Assembly (NCBI GenBank): GCA_964016885.1
Contig: OZ024740.1
Location: forward strand, 160,146,001-160,210,000
DNA from: Eledone cirrhosa
Lineage: Eukaryota
DNA length: 64,000 nucleotides
Direction of reading: 5' to 3'
In this document: positions 56,010-64,000 of the stretch, piece after piece
Numbering within the stretch: the stretch's first letter is position 1
Layout of the letters: every line of letters starts with the position of its first letter
Made by a program: the position numbers and the translations under genes
Notes under the pieces: model-generated
What the model was told of the DNA's origin: nothing
Database searches by the model: none
Seen by the model: only the letters and a program-made list of their open reading frames with translations

Positions 56010-58828
56010 ATCAGAACAACCTGCCATCCCCTGCACATAATCATAGACTGGAATCAAAGTACAAATTGTTGTCCTTGAATGCACGTAGTCTATGCAATAA
56101 GATTCATCTTTTTGACTCCTACGTCAAAAGTATCAACCCGGACTTCATTACAGTCACGGAAACTTGGGCACATCCCTTACTCTGTGATGGGGTTTTCAGC
56201 ATGATTGGCTACAACCTGTTTTGTAAAGACCGCATTAATCGTCGTGGTGGTGGTGTAATGGTCTACGTTCGGACAAATCTGTCGGCGATTCCTTGTGCTG
56301 ATTTGAACCAATCACAGCAGGAAGTTTTTTTCTGCGATATACGTATGACCATGTCAACACTGCTACTTGGAGTCGTTTACCGTCCCCCAAATTACCATCA
56401 GGACACTCAACTTTGTGATATCCTCAGAGCTGCTGCCAGGAAGACAGCCACTTATGTTTTCATTGTAGGTGAATTCAATCACCCTGAGATTGACTGGGAG
56501 ACCTTTCGTTGGCCGCCAAGTGCAAATGACTTCCCTGAGGTGGTGCTGGACTCGAGTTGGTCCCAGGTAGTCACCTCCCCAACGAGAGGTGACAACACTT
56601 TGGACCTACTCTTCACCACTACTCCTGAAACGGTCATTAGTGTTGCTGCTGAGGAACCTTTAGGTGACTCTGATCATGCTATGATCATTGCCAATCTATC
56701 CCTCATGGGCAGTAACAAGAACTACAACCATCTCTAAACTGCTCACTTTGACTGGAATAAAGCAGACTGGAACTGTTACTGCACCGAGTTGCAACGGCCA
56801 AACTGGCTTGAGTTCTACGACTCTGGAGATGTCAACACTGTACTCCAGAACATCCTGAGATCAATATGGACAGCATGTGCAGCATCGGTGCCACGTAAGC
56901 GGAAAAAACATCCCAAAAGCGCAATTTGAGAGACTGCAGCAGTCCGTCTTGCCAGAAAAGAACGGCGCAATGCTGAACGTGAGTACAAACTTCACAAATC
57001 AGACATTAATAGGAAGAGGCGAAATAGATCGTCCAACCCCCTCAAACAGGTGACAAAAAAAGCAGTGCTTCAATTTGAGCAGCGCATAGCAACCAGCCCT
57101 GACAGTTAGGTGTTCTGGAAGTATGTTCACTCAAAGCAGAGGCCTCACTCTCCAGTTGGTCCTCTTCGCAATCCCCACACAAGCCAGGTTACTGACGACC
57201 CCAAGGAATGCGCAGAGCTCATTGCTGAATGCTATGCAGGCATTTTCACTATTGAAGACCAGAGTGTACCATCTCCACCACCTATGACACCGGACTCTAT
57301 TACAACCATGGAATTTACACCTGCAATGCTGCGACGTCACCTAAAAAATAAACGCAACCATGCCTCTCCTGGTCTTGATGGTGTTACGTACCTGCTTCTT
57401 AAACGTGGTGGGTACTTCCTTCTACACCAGTTATCACGCTTCTTCCAATTCTGTCTGAACAACAGTGCTACTCCAGAACAGTGGAAAACTGCCAGTGTCA
57501 TTCCTCTGTTCAAAAAGGGTGACCGCACATCACCTGTGAACTATCGTCCAGTCAGTCTTACTAGTTGCATCGCCAAACTGATGGAATCCTGTGTCAGAGA
57601 AACACTTTGGAACTTCTGGAGCTCTCACAGTCTTATCCGGCCCTCGCAATTTGGATTTATCCCCAACTCCAGCTGCTGTGATCAACTTATAGAGTTTCTT
57701 GAGGACATCACCCGGATCACTGATGGTGGCTCATGGGTGGATGCTGTTTACCTTGACTTTGCGAAGGCCTTCAATTCTGTGCCACACAAAAGGCTTATGG
57801 CAAAACTCTCTGCAATGGGTGTGAAGGATGATCTTTTTAACTGGTTGAAGTCCTTCATTCTCAATCGAAGAGAGGTAGTCACGGTTCTGGGACAGCATTC
57901 CTCACCATATGAGATGTCATCTGGTGTACCACAGGGATCTGTTCTTGGCCCCCTTTTGTTTGTGGCATATATTAATGACATAGATGCCAACTTAAGGAAT
58001 GCCACAGTACTAAAGTACGCAGACGACATCAAGCTGTACCTTGAGATAAAAAGGACGGATCCTGAACACTATAGATCTTGCTTGCAGTCTGACCTGGACA
58101 CAATGCAACAATGGATCTCAGACTGGCAACTCAAGCTAGCTGTGGACAAGTGCACCACCATGCATTTTGGGAGTAAAAACCCAGCGTCCACATACTCCCT
58201 CCACAGCACTAATATCAAGAAGTCTTCCTGTGAACGTGACCTGGGCATTACGGTCAGCAGCGATTTGCGTTGGACGAGGCACGTCTCTAAAATTGTCAAG
58301 AGGGCCGAGGGTGTCTTAGCATCACTCAGCAAGACCTTTGTCAGCCGCTTTCCAGATATCTATTTAAGGCTGTATACAGCTATGGTGTGACCACACTTAG
58401 AATTTGCATCACCAGTCTGGAACCCCTATCTTGCTCAGGACATTGACCGCCTGGAAACTGTTCAGAGACGTGCAACCAAGCGAATACCCTCCATCAGGCA
58501 TCTACCATACTCTGAGCGCCTTGCTTCCCTGGGCATGGATTCATTGAAGCTCCGACGCCTGGCAACTGACTTGGTAAACACCCACAAAATTGTTAACCAT
58601 GTTGCCAACAACAACCCTGAGTACCTTTTCGATTTCCATGTGTCTAACACACGTGGACATCCCCACAAAGTAAGAAAACAGCACAGTTCCCATGGCTTTC
58701 GGAAACATTTTTTCATGCTCAGAGTTGCTGAAGCATGGAACAAACTACCTGCATCAGTTGTTAGCTGTCGAGACACTGCATCCTTTAAGGCCTCCATGCT
58801 TCCCGAGATCCGCCAACACTACAGCTAA
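56000..58828 (+). pseudogene. LINE ORF2 (APE + RT) in a single frame with four in-frame stops and no net frameshift
   Basis: ORF pieces 56066, 57110 and 58535 share a frame; stops at ~56735 (TAA), ~56927 (TGA), ~57107 (TAG) and ~58388 (TGA). Confidence 0.88.
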
Positions 58829-59257
58829 CACATACACACATGTACTTCCCTGACATTTGTGTATTATTCTATGTACTATATTGACGAGTTGTAGTGCACC
58901 TGAGCACTTTACACAATCATTTCATTATTATTATTATAATTGCTTCACTTTTTAGAAGTAACAGTTAGGTTACCCATCAAATCCCATTGTAAAGTTTAAA
59001 AGGAGAACAAGAAGGACACATCAGAAATGTAAACATGCATGTACTATAAATACTGAGTGAAGGTTAACCTGGGGCTACACTTTAAGAAAGTACAACATAA
59101 ACATATATACACACATACACTTCCATTCCTACTTGTCTATTCACATGCTCCTATACTCACCTAGTATGTAAACAATTATATGTATGTGTGTCTGTGCATT
59201 TATATATATCATCATCATTGTTTAATGTCCATTTTCCATGCTACCATGGGTTAAATG

Positions 59258-59288
<31 letters not shown>

Positions 59289-59749
59289 TATACATACATA
59301 GACACAGACAAATTATATATGTGTACATAAATATGCAAATATATTCACAGTAATTATCATGCATTGAATAATGCATGTATATTTCACTCTTGAGAAAAAT
59401 TGTTGGAATTCATCAATAGATTTAAAGAAAAAATTCTTATCACTACATTTTATTTTTGCAGAGGTATTGATATTTTAGTAGTTTCATGTATATATAATCA
59501 ATACACACACACACACACACATATATATACATATACATATACTTGTTGTTTAGCTTTAAGGGCTTGAAAAACTGAATACAGAATTGAGAAATAGAAATAA
59601 ATATATAGGAAATAAAATATGCTTTGTTTGGTGTGTTCGGTGATAACAGAAGCAAGATAAAAAGTAGTGAAAAATAATATAAATTTTATTATTGTTGTTG
59701 TTGTGTATTTTTATTACACAATAATAATAATAATAATAATAATAATAGC

Positions 59750-60630
59750 AACAACAATGGTTTCTAATTTAATTGCAAGGCCATTAATTTGAGTAGAGTA
59801 GAACAGTCGATTACATCGACCTCTGTACCTCTGGTACTATATTATATTGACCCCTTGGAAGGATGAAAAGCTAAGTTGACCTTGGTGGAATTTGAAACCA
59901 TAACATGTAATATATTTCATCTGACTCAGTAACTATTCTGCCAACCCACCAACCTTTATGATATTAATAATAATTGTTTCTACTTTAGGCACAAGGCCAG
60001 CAATTACCCAGTGCATTACTGGTACTTTATTTTATCGACCCCGTAAGGATGAAAGGCAAAGTCAACCTCGGCAGGATTTGAACTCAGATCGTAAAGGGAC
60101 GTAACTATGCTGGAAAGCATGGCGTCCGACCCTCTACCGATACTGCCAATCCACCGCTCTAATAATAGTAATAATAATTGTTTCTACTTAAGGCACAAGG
60201 CCAGCAATTTGATGTTAATAATAATAATAATGATATTAATAATAATAATAATGGTTTCTGATATATGCACAGAGCCAACAATTTTGGTGTGCGACTGGTT
60301 TTGCCAACAATAGTGTGCGACTGGTACTTTATTTTATCAACCCTATAAGGATGAAAGGCTAAGCAGAACATAAAGGGCCATTACTCTTTGCTGCAAAGCA
60401 TTGTGTCTGACACTCTAGCAATACTGCCAATACACCGCTCTAATAATAGTAATAATAATTGTTTCTACTTAAGGCACAAGGCCAGCAATTTGAAGGGGAG
60501 GCGAAAGTTGATTAAATCAACCCCAGTGCATTACTGGTGCTTTATTTTATTGACCCCGTAAGGATGGAAGGCAAAGCTAACCTTGGTGGGATTTGAACTC
60601 AGAACATAAAAGGCCATAATTCTATGTTGT
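59750..60630 (-). mobile_element. Head-to-tail cluster of four Nin-type SINE copies
   Basis: Repeated gtttcta..gcacaaggcc..ggatgaaaggc..ggatttgaactcaga units starting near 59758, 59972, 60176 and 60458. Confidence 0.8.
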
Positions 60631-60659
60631 AAAATTAATTATCTTTTCTATTTCATTTG

Positions 60660-62560
60660 CAGCCTTGTTGTGGTCTTGAGGGACCGCAATTTCAATTAAA
60701 ATCCACTGGTGTTAGTATTGGTGGGGTGGTGGTATTTGTTTTTACAACACTATCAGGACTGTTGTGTTGGACTTTGTTTGTGGTCTTCATCTTGAGGTCC
60801 AAAATAACTTACTCACCTGATAAGTATGATCTAAAAGGAGTATATTCATATATTGCACTCTGATGTATTTTTTTCACAACTCCCAATGGACTCTTTTTGC
60901 TATAAGATCATGTCAGATTTATAATGTCTTTTGCTAATTCCTCACATCCACTAGGATCAGTAATTTCTTCGATGGCAGCTGGAAATTTGCCAAGAAAAGT
61001 CTTTTCATTCCATGCCTGTTGTTGTTTCTCTCTAAACACTTTGTTGAATGCTTTCTTACCTTGACTTATAAAATATTCTCTCAGAACTTTTCTGAGTAGT
61101 GGTTCTTCAGTTAATGTTAGGTATTCACTCTATCTGTTGCACTCACCGTGTACACATTGCTCAACCCAAATTAAACCTCCCCCTCTTTCTTCATTTTAAG
61201 ATACAGTCTTGCAATATTTGTCTTTGGGTGTAAGCACCCATTGCATGTTAAGATCTCGCATGTGTGTCTATCAATTTTTTCAAGATTTTGTTTCATCCAA
61301 TCAGCTATTCCAACACTATACCTCACTACTAGCAAAGCTCATTGTTTTATTCTAGATATTAAATTTCCTCCATACAGTTTTGATTTGGAAAATCAATCTC
61401 CTGATGTACTCCTTTCCAATCTTTTTTCTTCATTTCCCCTCTTCTAATTTCTGCATCCTGCTCAAGAATTTGTAACCAGTTTCTTCAATTTGCAACATTC
61501 TTTCACCATCAGGCATTTCAATATCATCGATCTCAACCAATTTTCTCTTTTTCATGCACTTGTTTAAAGCTAACTTCATGTCATCATATACAATCCTCAC
61601 TGTATGGACAAATAAATGAAGTTCTCTTTCATTACAACCATACAACATTAAACCGTTCATGAACAATAGATGATTTATAGGTCCTTCAACATATAACCAA
61701 AATTTGTTTCTCTAAGAACAGGAGTTAGGGAAATCATTATAAGGATAAACATCAAAGGTGATAATGAGTCCCCTTGTCTCATGCAAACCTCTCTCAGAAT
61801 TTCATTACCAGATGACAATTCCATTCTCCATTTTGCCTTTCATCCTTACAGGTTCGAAAAAATAAAGTACCAGTAATGCACTGGGTAATTGCTGGCTTGT
61901 GCCAAAAGTAGAAACAATTATTTTGATAGAATTGTTGTTGATGGTTTTCAAACTTCTGAATCTTTAGGCTACCACAGTGTAATTTGTCTTAAGTTGACTG
62001 ATCACACCAATATAACCTACAGTTTCAAAATCATATGTTTTTGTTCTTTCCTTAGAGGTTAGATTAAGATTTCCCTCTTTTAATTCTTGGAGTAGACTTA
62101 GATATTTTCTCTAGTCAATGATGTTTCTCTTAATTCTTCATATCCAGAAATGATCTATTTTCCACTGTTAACCCATTTTGGGGGCTTTAACTTCCAGTCT
62201 CTTGGCAACTAATAATGCTGCACTGGTAAGCAGCTTATGTGTTTCAGTAATGTCATTGGTCTTTACATTGCCAATATTGTTGTTGACTGATTCTATCTCA
62301 GCTTTGATCTCATCCCATTTGATGTTTTTTTATGGATGGGGATCACCAGTGGTAAGTCACCTTGATATACATCTCTTAACCTTGATAAATCATTTTCATG
62401 TTCATTCAACAACCTGATGTTATCATTTACATTATCAATGTCTAATCTCTGGTGTCTTACTGTTGGTTCAGCTGGATGAGATGGCATAGTAACTCATACT
62501 TCCTCAATTCCAATAATGTTCTCTTTAATAGCAAGTGCTTCAGACTCATCAACCAAGTTC
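60660..62560 (-). mobile_element. Decayed R4/Dong-like non-LTR element interrupted by a SINE 3' half (61831..61921)
   Basis: GDSLSPLMF, HLLFMNGLMLYG..TVRIVYDD..KC..GYKFL. Confidence 0.7.
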
Positions 62561-62573
62561 CCCTTTTCCTGAT

Positions 62574-62765
62574 TTAGGCACAAGGCCAACAATTTCAAGG
62601 AAGATGAAAGTCAATTTAATCAACCCAAAGGCATTACTGGAGTTTTATTTTATTGACCCCATAAGGATGATTTAACCTCAGCAGGATTTGAAGTCAGAAT
62701 GTAAAGAATTAGAACAAATACTGCAAGGTATTTGTCTGACATTTCAACGATTCTACCAATCCAAT
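62574..62765 (-). mobile_element. Diverged Nin-type SINE
   Basis: aggcacaaggcc..ttattgaccccataaggatga..ggatttgaagtcaga. Confidence 0.65.
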
Positions 62766-63076
62766 AACAGCAACAAAAATAATAACAATAACAAAAATAA
62801 TTGCTGCCTATTGCATTGTATTGTAGCTGATTATCAGGTTGAAATACCATTACATTCCAGAGAATAGCTGTCAGCCCAATATATATATAGCTTCGTCTTT
62901 CAATTAAATGAGCAATTAAAATAACAATTGGACTATGTTGTAGTGTGGGGAGCATAGGATAACAGATAAAAACATGTAAGTCAGTAAATAAATCAACAAA
63001 CACATAAACAGTGGTGACAATTTGGCAAATCAAAACTAAATCTGGAAACAAGAATCATTATATTTTTTATTATCAT

Positions 63077-63133
<57 letters not shown>

Positions 63134-63233
63134 TTAAACGATGATGATGATGGTGGTGATGTGTGTGTGTCTGTATGTTTGTATATATACATATTTGTCT
63201 CTATATAAATGTATATACATATATATACATACA

Positions 63234-63292
<59 letters not shown>

Positions 63293-63305
63293 GTATATAT
63301 ATATA

Positions 63306-63383
63306 TTGTTATACCTTGGGAGGGTCATGCTGCCAACACACAATTTCAGATAAAGAATCTTGCTAAACAAATTCAGAAACGAA

Positions 63384-63384
<1 letters not shown>
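63306..63384. mobile_element. 79-bp minimal PLE remnant: inverted 3' tip joined to the tail of the 28587..30884 family
   Basis: ttgttataccttgggagggtcatgctgc-caa-cacacaatttcagataaagaatcttgctaaacaaattcagaaacga. Confidence 0.8.
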
Positions 63385-63452
<68 letters not shown>

Positions 63453-63497
63453 TAATATATATATATATATGTATATATATATATGTATATATATATA

Positions 63498-63529
<32 letters not shown>

Positions 63530-63806
63530 TAATATATATATATATATGTGTGTAGGTATATATATATATATATATATACGTATGTATATATATATATGAA
63601 TGTATATATATATGAATGTATATATATATGAATGTATATATGCATTTATATATATATATATATATATATATGAATGTATATATATATATGAATGTATATA
63701 TATATGAATGTATATATGTATTTATATATATATATATGAATGTATATATATGTATGTATATATATATATATATAAATATATATATGAATGTATATATATG
63801 TATGTA

Positions 63807-63846
<40 letters not shown>

Positions 63847-64000
63847 CATACATATATATATATACATACATATATATATATACATACATATATACTTACA
63901 TATATATATATATACACATACATAGTATGTCTACAGAGTAAAGAAAATATGGTCATCAGAACTGTCAGCATACAACAAATACATTGCCCACAATACTTAT

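Larger units (their letters stand above)
54760..58938 (+). mobile_element. Near full-length CR1/Jockey-group LINE: ORF1 (PHD finger) + ORF2 (APE, RT), with (ATT)n tail
   Basis: NARS, TETW, YRPP, SDH; SPGLDG, NYRPVSL, LDFAKAF, GVPQGSVLGP, YADD; C-terminal TRGH..F..RV..WN.LP; attattatta at ~58924. Confidence 0.93.

Noticed and set aside
56735-58390. Stop-codon readthrough or selenocysteine in LINE ORF2
   Set aside because: The stops are of mixed types (TAA, TGA, TAG, TGA) at positions consistent with point mutation, such as CGA to TGA in VRPHLE.

Overview
This is AT-rich animal DNA, most consistent with a mollusc and probably an octopod cephalopod. That inference rests on the Nin-type tRNA-derived SINEs, RTE LINEs with (GAT)n tails and long (TA)n tracts. 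I can support no host protein-coding exon. The many 'YIYIYI' ORFs are microsatellite artefacts. The window is made of retroelements: several families of C-terminal GIY-YIG Penelope-like elements (PLEs) nested in (TA)n arrays, RTE-clade LINEs, a near full-length CR1/Jockey-group LINE, decayed R4/Dong-type RLE elements and many SINEs. Four observations stand out. (1) Minimal type I hammerhead ribozyme motifs of several distinct sequence types lie in PLE 3' ends. (2) A 'fold-back palindrome plus unique tail' architecture recurs at element ends. (3) A reiterated CGTAT-TA(TA)n array, partly palindromic, flanks a near-intact PLE. (4) A G-GGA-AAC slippery heptamer joins ORF1 to an ATG-less ORF2 in the -1 frame of the CR1-like LINE. 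All calls were made by eye, element boundaries are approximate and clade names are tentative.
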